Part shown: piece by piece, positions 31,016 to 39,985 of the stretch
Layout: each line of letters opens with the position of its first letter
Numbering within the stretch: position 1 is the first letter of the stretch
NCBI GenBank assembly: GCA_016780665.1
Contig: JADHLM010000001.1
Span: 1-50,664, forward strand
Length of the DNA: 50,664 bases
From: Hyphomicrobiales bacterium
Lineage (GTDB): Bacteria > Pseudomonadota > Alphaproteobacteria > Rhizobiales > TMED25
Direction of reading: 5' to 3'
The notes under the pieces: model-generated
The model's database searches: none
Seen by the model: the letters and a program-made list of their open reading frames with translations, nothing else
What the model was told of the DNA's origin: nothing
Position numbers and translations under genes: made by a program

Positions 31016-34000
31016 ATGGAATTAAAAAAAATTAAATTACATGGCTTTAAGTCATTTGATAAACCAACTGAATTAGATATATATCCTGGGCTAACAGGAA
31101 TTGTTGGTCCAAATGGTTGCGGAAAATCTAATATACTTGATAGTCTGCAGTGGGTAATGGGCGAAACGTCCTACAAGAATCTCAGAGGATCCGAAATGGA
31201 CGATGTCATTTTTTCAGGAACAGACACAAGTGCCTCCAGAAATTTTGCAGAAGTATCGGTTGTTTTGGCAGAACATAAATTATCACACAAAAATGATTCT
31301 GATAATGAATATGAAATTAGAAGAAGAATAGAGAGAAATTCAGGCTCAAAATATTTCATTAACTCAATTGAAAAAAGAGCAAAAGATGTTCAATTATTCT
31401 TCGCAGATAATTCACTTGGACCTCATTCAGTTTCCATAGTAAAGCAAGGTAATATCAACCAATTAATTGAAGCAAAACCAAGTGAACGAAGGAAAATATT
31501 AGAAGAAGCAGCCGGGATAAGCGGGCTACACCACAGAAAGCATGAAGCCATTCTAAGATTGAATGCCACAAAAGCGAATATCGAACGGATAAATGATATC
31601 ATTAAGGAAATTAACACTCAATTATCCTCACTTAAAAGACAGTATAACCAAGCAGAGAAATTTAAGATTATAGCAGCAAGAATTAGACAATTTGAAAAGG
31701 AATTACTTCAAATTGAGTGGAATGCATTGACTGATAGAGAGAGTGAATTAAAAAATCAAATTTCAACTAAAGAAAATACTATTCAACTCCAAAAAAACAA
31801 AATTAATGATCTTCAAATCAAAGTTGGTAACCTAAAAAAACAAATCCAACCTATCAGAGATAACTACAACTCAACTTCAGAAGAAATTCAAAAGAAGAAT
31901 AGTGCTTTATTAAACATTAAAAATGAAATCCAATATACATCAGAAAGAATTAATAATACACGAAGTCAAATATCAATAATTAAACAAGATATTCAAAGAG
32001 AAATAAAGAACTCAGCAGATCACAAAGAACAATTGCAAAAATTAGCGATTAAAAAACAGGAACTGCAGAGAAATCTCAATGAGATAAATAAGATAGAACA
32101 TGAAGTAATAGAGTCATCTTTGGGCGCAACACAAAACTATAAGTCCCTTGAAGAAGAATATAATAACTTTCTCTCAAAACTAGTGGAAAAGAAAACAGAA
32201 AAAACAACAATTGAGAATCAAATTAATGACATTGAAAAATCGATCTTACATCACTCTGCTCAATTAGATGGTCTGGTGCAGGAAGAAAAAAAAATAAAAT
32301 TGGAAAATAATCTTGAAAAGAATCGGCAGAGTCTTAATGAAAAACAAATATTGTTAGAAAATAATGTAAAGACACTATTAAGTGACATATCAGAAAAAGA
32401 AGCCCTAAAAGAAAAATTATTACAAGACATTCAAAACAATAAAAACCAAATTATTGAACAAGAATTCAAAATTAAGCAACTTACTATTTCTAGGGAAAAT
32501 ATTGAAACGTACCTAAAGGAAAATGATACATCAGGCTCAATTATTGAATCAATTGAAATTGAAGATACGTATAAAGTATTAGTTAGCTCTATACTTGAGG
32601 ATTTAGAAAACTCAACATTAGATGAAGATACAAAGTATTGGCTAAATAAAAAGGCAATTCATTTAAATAAGTTTGATAAATCTATCAAACCACTATCTGA
32701 TATTGTACGAGGGCCAAAAGAAATAGCTTTATTCCTTCAATTTTCAGGGTTTACAGAAGAAAAAGATATCAAAAAGATACTAGAACTATTAGAACCTGGA
32801 CAACAAGTTATAAATTCTGATGGTAAAATTATTAGATGGGATGGGCTCATAAAAAAAATTAATATTAACGATGAAACAAGCAATATATTAGCTGCCAAAA
32901 TTAATTTTAAAAAAAATCTAGATCAAGCAGAAATAATTGATATTGAAATAAAAAAATTAGAAACTCAACAAAATCAGATTGAGTCAAAATATAAATTGAC
33001 AATAGAAGAAGAAAAAAAATTGAAAGAATCATGGAGTGCAAAAATAAACGAACAACAAAAGAATATTAATTCACTTCAAATGATTAATGAAGAAATAGTT
33101 TTGGCACAAGATATAGCCACGCAAATAAAGACAAAAATAAATACTGAAAATGATACTCTCAAGAGTCTGAATGAGAGAATTCAATCACTACGATCGCAAA
33201 CAATAAAGCAAGATAATATTGATGTCCTAGAAAAGAATCTGGGCAAGGTAAGACAAGAATTTTATAATGCAAAAACCATAGCAGATATGAAGGAAACGAA
33301 TACTCAAAATTTATTGAAGGAAAAAAGAGAACTTGAAAAAAATCTTGAAGATATTGTTGCAAGTGAAGACTCATGGGAAAATAGAAAAATTCAATCCGAT
33401 ATTCACCTTAAAGAATTAAATTCTCGAATAGAGAATTTGGATATCCAGCTCAACAAACTCCAACATGTGCCATCACAGCTAGAGAATGAACAAAAAGAGA
33501 TTGATCTGAGTATACAAGATCTATCCCGGAAAAGGCTGACTTTCAAAGAGGAGCTATTAGTGAAAGAGAATGAATTTGAAGCTAATTCAGCAGACATTAA
33601 GATCCAAGAGAATAATTTATCTCGAGAGTCAGAGATTTTAGTCCATGCTAGAGCCCAGATTGAAAATCTTGAAGAAAAGAAGATTGACTTAAAAGATAAA
33701 ATAAAAATTAATCTTGAAATCGAGATAGATAATTTACTTGATGATTTTAATCCTGAATTAGATAAAGAGACTATCATTAATGCACTCGCAGCAGTACATA
33801 GACAACGCGAACAAATTGGAGCAGTAAACCTCACTGCGGAAGATGAGTACATTGAAGTTAAAAATAGATACGATCAGCTCATAATTGAACGAGATGACTT
33901 ACTGTCTGCGACTGAAAATCTTCAAAAAGGAATTGTTGAAATAGATAAAGAGGCGAGAGCTAGATTACTTAATTCCTATGAGAATGTTAATAATAATTTC

Positions 34001-34450
34001 AAATTATTATTCGAAAAATTATTTGATGGCGGTAAAGCTGAGTTAAGATTAAACACCGAAGAGGATATTCTAGAGTCAGGGCTCGATATTATAGCGTGGC
34101 CACCTGGCAAAAAACCCCAGACAATTTCATTATTATCAGGTGGCGAACAGGCGCTAACAGTGATTGCTCTCATAATTGCAGTTTTTTTAGAAAATCCTTC
34201 ACCAATATGCATATTAGATGAAGTTGATGCTCCATTAGATGATAATAACGTAAAAAAATTCTGTGATCTGCTTGATGAACTATCAAAAAGTACAAAAACA
34301 AAATTTTTAATTGTCACTCATCATCCCTATACCATGTCAAGAATGGATAGGCTCTATGGAGTGACAATGGCAAAAAGAGGAGAAAGTGTAATATTATCAG
34401 TTGATTTAAATCAGGCAGAAAATATAGTGAAAGAAAATTATGTCGCGTGA
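31016..34450 (+). CDS. smc: Chromosome segregation protein SMC
   Basis: 1144 aa with the Walker A motif GPNGCGKSN, long K/E/N-rich coiled coils flanking a hinge, a C-terminal LSGGEQALT signature and the Walker B motif LDEVDAPLD. Confidence 0.96.
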   Translation: MELKKIKLHGFKSFDKPTELDIYPGLTGIVGPNGCGKSNILDSLQWVMGETSYKNLRGSEMDDVIFSGTDTSASRNFAEVSVVLAEHKLSHKNDSDNEYEIRRRIERNSGSKYFINSIEKRAKDVQLFFADNSLGPHSVSIVKQGNINQLIEAKPSERRKILEEAAGISGLHHRKHEAILRLNATKANIERINDIIKEINTQLSSLKRQYNQAEKFKIIAARIRQFEKELLQIEWNALTDRESELKNQISTKENTIQLQKNKINDLQIKVGNLKKQIQPIRDNYNSTSEEIQKKNSALLNIKNEIQYTSERINNTRSQISIIKQDIQREIKNSADHKEQLQKLAIKKQELQRNLNEINKIEHEVIESSLGATQNYKSLEEEYNNFLSKLVEKKTEKTTIENQINDIEKSILHHSAQLDGLVQEEKKIKLENNLEKNRQSLNEKQILLENNVKTLLSDISEKEALKEKLLQDIQNNKNQIIEQEFKIKQLTISRENIETYLKENDTSGSIIESIEIEDTYKVLVSSILEDLENSTLDEDTKYWLNKKAIHLNKFDKSIKPLSDIVRGPKEIALFLQFSGFTEEKDIKKILELLEPGQQVINSDGKIIRWDGLIKKININDETSNILAAKINFKKNLDQAEIIDIEIKKLETQQNQIESKYKLTIEEEKKLKESWSAKINEQQKNINSLQMINEEIVLAQDIATQIKTKINTENDTLKSLNERIQSLRSQTIKQDNIDVLEKNLGKVRQEFYNAKTIADMKETNTQNLLKEKRELEKNLEDIVASEDSWENRKIQSDIHLKELNSRIENLDIQLNKLQHVPSQLENEQKEIDLSIQDLSRKRLTFKEELLVKENEFEANSADIKIQENNLSRESEILVHARAQIENLEEKKIDLKDKIKINLEIEIDNLLDDFNPELDKETIINALAAVHRQREQIGAVNLTAEDEYIEVKNRYDQLIIERDDLLSATENLQKGIVEIDKEARARLLNSYENVNNNFKLLFEKLFDGGKAELRLNTEEDILESGLDIIAWPPGKKPQTISLLSGGEQALTVIALIIAVFLENPSPICILDEVDAPLDDNNVKKFCDLLDELSKSTKTKFLIVTHHPYTMSRMDRLYGVTMAKRGESVILSVDLNQAENIVKENYVA

Positions 34451-34751
34451 TGAAAAAAGTGCAGCAGAAGAAAAATTAAAAGAAATAGCTGAGAAGATCG
34501 AAAAATACAAACTCAGTCATACTCCAAATGATATTAAACAAAAAAATAAACGAGGAAGACAAATATCTATTGCCATGAGACTTTCAACAGAGCTTGTAGT
34601 GGCGTCGATTGTTGGAGCAATTCTTGGCTGGTATATAGATAAATGGTTAAATACAAAGCCAATATTTTTTATCATTTTTTTGCTTCTTGGAGTTATTTCC
34701 GGAGTAAAAACTGCAATAGCTACATCAAAGCAATTATATGATGAAAGCTAA
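34440..34751 (+). CDS. atpI: AtpI/AtpZ-like F0F1 ATP synthase accessory protein
   Basis: 103 aa with a charged N-terminus and two hydrophobic helices (LVVASIVGAILGWYIDKW, IFFIIFLLLGVISGV). It sits directly upstream of atpB and overlaps the smc 3' end by 11 nt. Confidence 0.65.
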   Translation: MSRDEKSAAEEKLKEIAEKIEKYKLSHTPNDIKQKNKRGRQISIAMRLSTELVVASIVGAILGWYIDKWLNTKPIFFIIFLLLGVISGVKTAIATSKQLYDES

Positions 34752-34753
34752 TT

Positions 34754-34787
34754 ACTAAATTGATTCACAATTTAGTGTATTTTTTTT
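34754..34787 (+). terminator. Intrinsic-terminator-like hairpin after atpI
   Basis: ACTAAATTG-ATTCA-CAATTTAGT forms a perfect 9-bp stem (two G:C pairs) with a 5-nt loop, followed by GTA and T8 (34780-34787). It starts 3 nt after the atpI stop codon. Confidence 0.45.
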
Positions 34788-34822
34788 ATCAAAAATAATA
34801 AATTTACTACCAAAAATGTTAA

Positions 34823-34838
34823 AACTTATATATAAGTT
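34823..34838. promoter_or_regulatory. Perfect 16-bp palindrome AACTTATATATAAGTT upstream of atpB
   Basis: The sequence is exactly self-complementary and ends 24 nt before the atpB ATG (34863). Its TATATA core could be a -10 element or an operator. Function is unproven. Confidence 0.3.
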
Positions 34839-34862
34839 AGTTGTAAAAATGAGGATTAAATA

Positions 34863-35630
34863 ATGGCTGCTGAAAAATCTGGTGCTCCTGATCCAATGCA
34901 TCAGTTTGACATCGTTGAACTGATTGATATAGAGTTGTTCGGGCTCAACCTATCTTTTACAAACTCATCATTGTTTATGGTATTCAGTGTTGCCCTAATT
35001 ATTTTCTTAACACTCTTTTCATTTAATGGGAGAGCGACAATACCAACAAGACTCCAATCTATTGCTGAATTGTCATATGAATTCGTGGCTAAAATGGTTA
35101 GAGACAATGTTGGAGATGAGGGTCAAAAATATTTCCCATTCATTTTCTGTTTATTCATGTTCGTACTTTTCTGCAACATGCTTGGAATGATTCCCTATAC
35201 GTTTACAGTCACAAGCCACATAATTGTAACCTTTGCATTAGCAATAGTTATATTTTTTGGTGTAACACTTATTGGGTTTATTATGCACGGTATAAAATTC
35301 TTTAAGTTCTTTGTGCCCAGTGGTGTGCCAAAAGCGTTATTACCACTATTAGTTGTGATTGAGGTTATTTCATATTTAACTAGACCAGTAAGTTTATCTG
35401 TGAGGTTATTTGCAAACATGATGGCAGGACATACTATGTTAAAGGTTTTCGGCTTTTTTGTTGCAGGCATGTTCTTTTCAGGAAATTTATTTATTTCCCC
35501 TCTCGGTATAGCTCCGTTAGCTTTTATCGTTGCTTTTACTGGATTAGAAATACTCGTAGCATTTTTACAGGCATATGTTTTTGCAATCTTAACTTGTATA
35601 TACTTGAATGATTCAATTCACATGCATTAG
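34863..35630 (+). CDS. atpB: F0F1 ATP synthase subunit a
   Basis: 255 aa, polytopic, with the conserved LSVRLFANMMAGH (essential Arg) block and a GLEILVAFLQAYVF C-terminal helix. Confidence 0.95.
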   Translation: MAAEKSGAPDPMHQFDIVELIDIELFGLNLSFTNSSLFMVFSVALIIFLTLFSFNGRATIPTRLQSIAELSYEFVAKMVRDNVGDEGQKYFPFIFCLFMFVLFCNMLGMIPYTFTVTSHIIVTFALAIVIFFGVTLIGFIMHGIKFFKFFVPSGVPKALLPLLVVIEVISYLTRPVSLSVRLFANMMAGHTMLKVFGFFVAGMFFSGNLFISPLGIAPLAFIVAFTGLEILVAFLQAYVFAILTCIYLNDSIHMH

Positions 35631-35664
35631 CATTAATCGTTATTAAATTAAAAAGGAGATAAAA

Positions 35665-35892
35665 ATGGAACCAGAAGCAGCTAAATTAATTGGAGCAGGT
35701 CTTGCGACAATAGCACTAGCAGGTGCTGGTATAGGTATTGGAACAATTTTTGGTAATTACTTATCAGGTGCTCTAAGAAACCCATCTGCAGCGCCAGGAC
35801 AATTCCCAAACTTGCTATTAGGTTTTGCCCTTGCTGAAGCGACAGGACTTTTTGGACTTGTTATCGCTCTGATACTTCTATTCGTTGTATAA
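35665..35892 (+). CDS. atpE: F0F1 ATP synthase subunit c
   Basis: 75-aa hairpin proteolipid with the GAGIGIG glycine zipper, the RNP loop and the ion-binding Glu in [10 protein letters not shown]. Confidence 0.95.
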   Translation: MEPEAAKLIGAGLATIALAGAGIGIGTIFGNYLSGALRNPSAAPGQFPNLLLGFALAEATGLFGLVIALILLFVV

Positions 35893-35922
35893 TAACTTAA
35901 TCTTATTAGCGGATAGGTATTT

Positions 35923-36426
35923 ATGTCTGAATCAAGTATGCCTCAGTTAAATCCAGAATATTTTGCTTCGCAAATATTCTGGCTTATCTTTTCTTTTGCC
36001 ATTTTATACATTGTCATGGCAAAATTTGCATTGCCAAAGATTGCGAATGTAATTGAATCAAGGGAAGATGTAATAGCTCGTGATCTTGAAGATGCAGAAA
36101 ACTATAAGAAAGATTCTGAGGCAACCGAACTAAAATATACAAATGCTATAAAAGAGGCGCAAAATAAGGCCTCTGAGACACTAGCAATTTCAAGAGACAA
36201 ACTAAATAAACAAATTGAAGCTGATAAAAAAACTTTTGATCAAGAAAGCGCTGAATTAGCCTCTAAATTTATTGCCGATCTTGATATAAAAAAACAGAAA
36301 GTCTTGCAAGACTCAGAGCAAATAGCGAATGTTGTAGCAATCGATATCATTAATAAGATACTTGGAACGGATGCACTTAATCAAGATAATGTAAAAAGTT
36401 CAATAAAAACAATGTTGAAAAACTAG
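35923..36426 (+). CDS. atpF2: F0F1 ATP synthase subunit b'
   Basis: 167 aa with the MPQLNPEYF...QIFWL N-terminus typical of alphaproteobacterial b', one TM helix, then a long charged helix. Confidence 0.8.
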   Translation: MSESSMPQLNPEYFASQIFWLIFSFAILYIVMAKFALPKIANVIESREDVIARDLEDAENYKKDSEATELKYTNAIKEAQNKASETLAISRDKLNKQIEADKKTFDQESAELASKFIADLDIKKQKVLQDSEQIANVVAIDIINKILGTDALNQDNVKSSIKTMLKN

Positions 36427-36437
36427 TAGGTGGATGA

Positions 36438-36917
36438 ATGTTAGAAAAAGACGCAACATGGGTAGCAATTGGTTTTATCTTATTCATACTTTTGCTTGTT
36501 TACTTCAAAGTTCCCGGACAAATCACAAAAATTTTAGATAATCGAGCTGATAAGATAAGAAGCGAACTCGATGAAGCTAAGAAGTTGAGAGAAGAAGCTC
36601 AATCTATGTTAGCAGATTTTCAGAAAAAAAATAAAGAAGCTGAAAAATATGCAAAAGCGCTTATTGATGAAGCAAAAAAATTAGCTAAGAACTACGAGAA
36701 AGAAGCAAAGTCAAAGTTTGATGAAAATATGGAAAGAAGAAAAAAACTTCTTGATGAAAAGCTGAAAAGAGCTGAAGTAGAAGCTCTCAATCAAATCAAG
36801 AATGATATTACTGATATTGTTTTTGATGCGATTGACAAATCTTTATCAAACAATAATATTAACAAGAAAGCTTCTGATAGAATCATTGATAGCGGAATAA
36901 AAGAAATTACCAAATAA
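36438..36917 (+). CDS. atpF: F0F1 ATP synthase subunit b
   Basis: 159 aa with a single N-terminal TM helix followed by a K/E/A-rich helix (RADKIRSELDEAKKLREEAQ). It is the last gene of the F0 cluster. Confidence 0.85.
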   Translation: MLEKDATWVAIGFILFILLLVYFKVPGQITKILDNRADKIRSELDEAKKLREEAQSMLADFQKKNKEAEKYAKALIDEAKKLAKNYEKEAKSKFDENMERRKKLLDEKLKRAEVEALNQIKNDITDIVFDAIDKSLSNNNINKKASDRIIDSGIKEITK

Positions 36918-36919
36918 TT

Positions 36920-37498
36920 TTATTTATTTTTATTATATTCAATCTGATCAGCTGTCAGTTTAAACCCAACTAGAATTTTGTAATCCTGAGATCTTTTGGA
37001 TTGTTCAAAATCAAGTCTATAGTTGTTCACAACATATTCAAACCTGGCCAATGAAGCACCATCGGGTATTTCTACATCAATATCGATGTATTTTCTAGAT
37101 AAAACTTCCTTCTTATTATTTACGATAGCTATGAACGCTGGCAGTTCATAATTATTATCCATTGCTCGTTGTCCAAGAGAAATTGTACCAATTATATATA
37201 AATTTCCCAATGAATAATCTTGTTCAACATTGCACTCATAATCTACTCTATCTATTCTTCCTCTATAAATAACATTAGCCTCATCAAAAGAGCCAAAATC
37301 CATAAACTCATTTATGCTGATGGCATCAGCAAGGATCATTGGTTTTGGGCAAACAACTTCTTCAGCTACATTTTTATTAAACGGATTTATATTATATTTA
37401 GATAGATCTGGCATGCCAAGATTTGGCATGCTAAAATCAGAGACTGTCTCGCATGCTGATAACATTAAGACTAATATGATTGGAAGAAATTTTTTCAT
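36920..37498 (-). CDS. Lipoprotein of unknown function
   Basis: 192 aa with a classical lipobox signal peptide MKKFLPIILVLMLSAC. I recognise no family. It is convergent with atpF with a 2-nt gap. Confidence 0.6.
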   Translation of the reverse strand: MKKFLPIILVLMLSACETVSDFSMPNLGMPDLSKYNINPFNKNVAEEVVCPKPMILADAISINEFMDFGSFDEANVIYRGRIDRVDYECNVEQDYSLGNLYIIGTISLGQRAMDNNYELPAFIAIVNNKKEVLSRKYIDIDVEIPDGASLARFEYVVNNYRLDFEQSKRSQDYKILVGFKLTADQIEYNKNK

Positions 37499-37633
37499 TT
37501 ACTATTCGTGAAATATATTTGAACTATTATTTTCTTATATATATTATTCATAATATCATTTGTAAATCCATATGAATATACTTTGTTGAATACTTGTGTG
37601 GATAATAAATAAAACTAAAAGGAAACATATAAA

Positions 37634-38572
37634 ATAAACGAATTAAATGTACATTTAGCGAACCCGAGGGGGTTTTGTGCAGGAGTTGAAAGAGCAATTC
37701 AGATTGTAGAGGAAGCATTATTGGAGTATGGACCACCTGTTTTTGTTCGGCATGATATCGTTCATAATAAAACTGTTGTGAATGAATTGAAATCAAAAGG
37801 AGTTATTTTTGTTGAAGAATTAGATGAGATCCCTAATACAAAGCAACCAATAATATTTTCTGCACACGGTGTAGCTAAATCAATTATTAATGATGCAAAG
37901 AATAATAATTTGAATATTATTGATGCCACTTGCCCATTAGTCTCTAAAGTGCATATTGAAGCAACAAAACTTCATAATAATGGATATGAAATTATACTAA
38001 TTGGGCATAAGAATCACCCAGAGGTCATCGGTACTATTGGGCAATTACCACATGGCTCAATTAAATTAATAGAAGATATAGATGATGCTAAAAAATTTAT
38101 ACCCAATCAAATAAATAAATTAGCCTATATTACTCAGACAACATTATCTGTTGACGATACGATTGAGATCATTAATTTACTAAAATCTAAGTATCCAAAT
38201 ATTAAGTCACCTCATAAAAATGATATATGTTATGCAACTACGAATAGACAAGAAGTTGTAAAAAATATTTCTAAAGTAGCAGACGTTATTTTTGTTGTTG
38301 GCTCAGAACATAGTTCAAACTCTCAACGATTAGTTGAGGTTGGTAAAAAATCTGGTTGCAAAGCTAGCTATCTAATAGAAGATGAAACTAAAATAAAATG
38401 GGATGTTTTAGATAATATTAAAAATCTAGCAATTACTGCCGGTGCATCGGCTCCTGAGATTATTGTTGAGAGAATTATCAAAGAAATTTCAAAAAAATAT
38501 AAAATTAATTTAGTTCACAATACATATACCGAAGAAAATATAACCTTTAAATTACCCAAGATTAGAAGATAG
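37634..38572 (+). CDS. ispH: 4-hydroxy-3-methylbut-2-enyl diphosphate reductase
   Basis: The ORF track begins at TTG 37721, but the same frame upstream encodes [23 protein letters not shown], the conserved IspH N-terminus with the first cluster Cys. Downstream blocks [34 protein letters not shown] and SSNSQRL are all present. The 5' end is set provisionally at ATA 37634; see findings. Confidence 0.88.
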   Translation: [312 protein letters not shown]

Positions 38573-38580
38573 ATTAATAA

Positions 38581-39549
38581 ATGGCGGTATATACCAAAGT
38601 AGATCTAGTTGAGGCTCAAAATTTTATTAATAAGAATTATGAGCTAGAAGATATTTTGTCCATTGTTGAGATCTCAGAGGGCGTAGAAAATACTAACTAT
38701 GTTTTAGAGACAAGTAATAACAAATATATCTTAACTTTATATGAAGACCGTGTATCAGTATCAGATTTACCATTCTTTATTGATTTGATGGTTTATCTTG
38801 ATAATAGAAATATAGTATGTCCTAAACCAATAAGAATGAAAAGTGGTAAATATATCGAAGTTTTAAATGACCGATATGCAGCAATATTTAGTTTTTTGAG
38901 TGGAAATTCTACTCGAAAAATAACAAATAAAAATTGTTTCCTAGTTGGACAGACTCTTGCAAATCTCCATGAACAAACTTCTGAAATAAAAATAACGCGT
39001 CAGAATCAACTATCTCAAAAACATTTGCCTAAATTATTTGACACAATAAAAAATGAGTCTTTTGAAATTAGAAAATCCCTAAAATCTGAAATTAAGGATG
39101 AATTAAATTATTTAAATTCAAATTGGCCTACAGACCTTCCGAGTGGAATAATTCATGGTGATTTATTCCCTGATAATATATTTTTTAATGGCGATAAACT
39201 AAGTGGAGTTATCGACTTCTATTTTGCATGCAATGATCTATACGTACTTGATATTGGTATATCTATAAATGCATGGTGCTTCGAGAAAGACAATTCATTC
39301 AATATTACTAAGGCAAAGTATTTACTCCGAGGATATAACTCAATTAAAGAACTAACTTCTCAAGAAATTGCTTCATTACCAATAATGTGTAGGGGAAGCG
39401 CTCTGAGATTCTTACTAACAAGATTAATTGATTGGAATAAATCAGATGATAATGCACTAGTTATACCAAAAGATCCTATTGAGTATTATACAAAATTAAA
39501 ATTTCATCAAACTGTAATGAGTGCAAAGGACTATGGACTATATGACTGA
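38581..39549 (+). CDS. thrB: Homoserine kinase (ThrB type II, aminoglycoside-phosphotransferase fold)
   Basis: 322 aa with MAVYTKV...EGVENTNYVL at the N-terminus and the kinase catalytic region IIHGDLFPDNIFF...GVIDFYFAC. Confidence 0.88.
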   Translation: MAVYTKVDLVEAQNFINKNYELEDILSIVEISEGVENTNYVLETSNNKYILTLYEDRVSVSDLPFFIDLMVYLDNRNIVCPKPIRMKSGKYIEVLNDRYAAIFSFLSGNSTRKITNKNCFLVGQTLANLHEQTSEIKITRQNQLSQKHLPKLFDTIKNESFEIRKSLKSEIKDELNYLNSNWPTDLPSGIIHGDLFPDNIFFNGDKLSGVIDFYFACNDLYVLDIGISINAWCFEKDNSFNITKAKYLLRGYNSIKELTSQEIASLPIMCRGSALRFLLTRLIDWNKSDDNALVIPKDPIEYYTKLKFHQTVMSAKDYGLYD

Positions 39550-39985
39550 TAAAGTTGAAATCTATACAGATGGAGCGTGTTCTGGTAATCCAGGTATTGG
39601 TGGTTGGGGAGCTTATCTTAAGTATAAAGATAATGTGAAGGAATTATCAGGATCTGATGAAAATACTACAAATAATCGAATGGAATTAGTTGCAGCAATT
39701 GAAGGATTAAAGATATTAAAAAAACGCTCTGAAGTTAATTTATATACGGACTCTGTTTACCTCAAAGATGGAATAACAAAATGGATATTCAATTGGCAGA
39801 AAAACAATTGGAAAAATGCTAATAAAAAAGATGTGAAGAATAAAGATTTATGGATTCAGCTTCTAGAGGTAGTTAATAAGCATGATATCAATTGGATATG
39901 GGTAAAGGGACATGAAGGTAATATAGGAAATGAAATTGCAGATAATCTTGCAACATCTGCAATAAGTAATTTTAAGGGTTTATAA
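39542..39985 (+). CDS. rnhA: Ribonuclease HI
   Basis: It has VEIYTDGACSGNPGIGGWG, TTNNRMEL, LYTDSVY, WVKGHEG and NEIAD motifs (DEDD catalytic set). The ATG at 39542 overlaps the thrB stop (ATGACTGA). The ORF track's GTG 39521 is a less likely start. Confidence 0.92.
   Translation: MTDKVEIYTDGACSGNPGIGGWGAYLKYKDNVKELSGSDENTTNNRMELVAAIEGLKILKKRSEVNLYTDSVYLKDGITKWIFNWQKNNWKNANKKDVKNKDLWIQLLEVVNKHDINWIWVKGHEGNIGNEIADNLATSAISNFKGL

Noticed and set aside
33403-33852. 149-aa Ser/Phe/Ile-rich ORF antisense to smc, plus a 113-aa ORF at 33976-34317 and smaller ones.
   Set aside because: They are the mirror image of the K/E/N-rich coiled-coil codons of smc. The composition is low-complexity with no start context or motifs.
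37548-37796. 82-aa minus-strand ORF spanning the lipoprotein/ispH spacer and the ispH 5' end.
   Set aside because: It overlaps the conserved ispH N-terminal coding region on the opposite strand, and its sequence has no features of a real protein.
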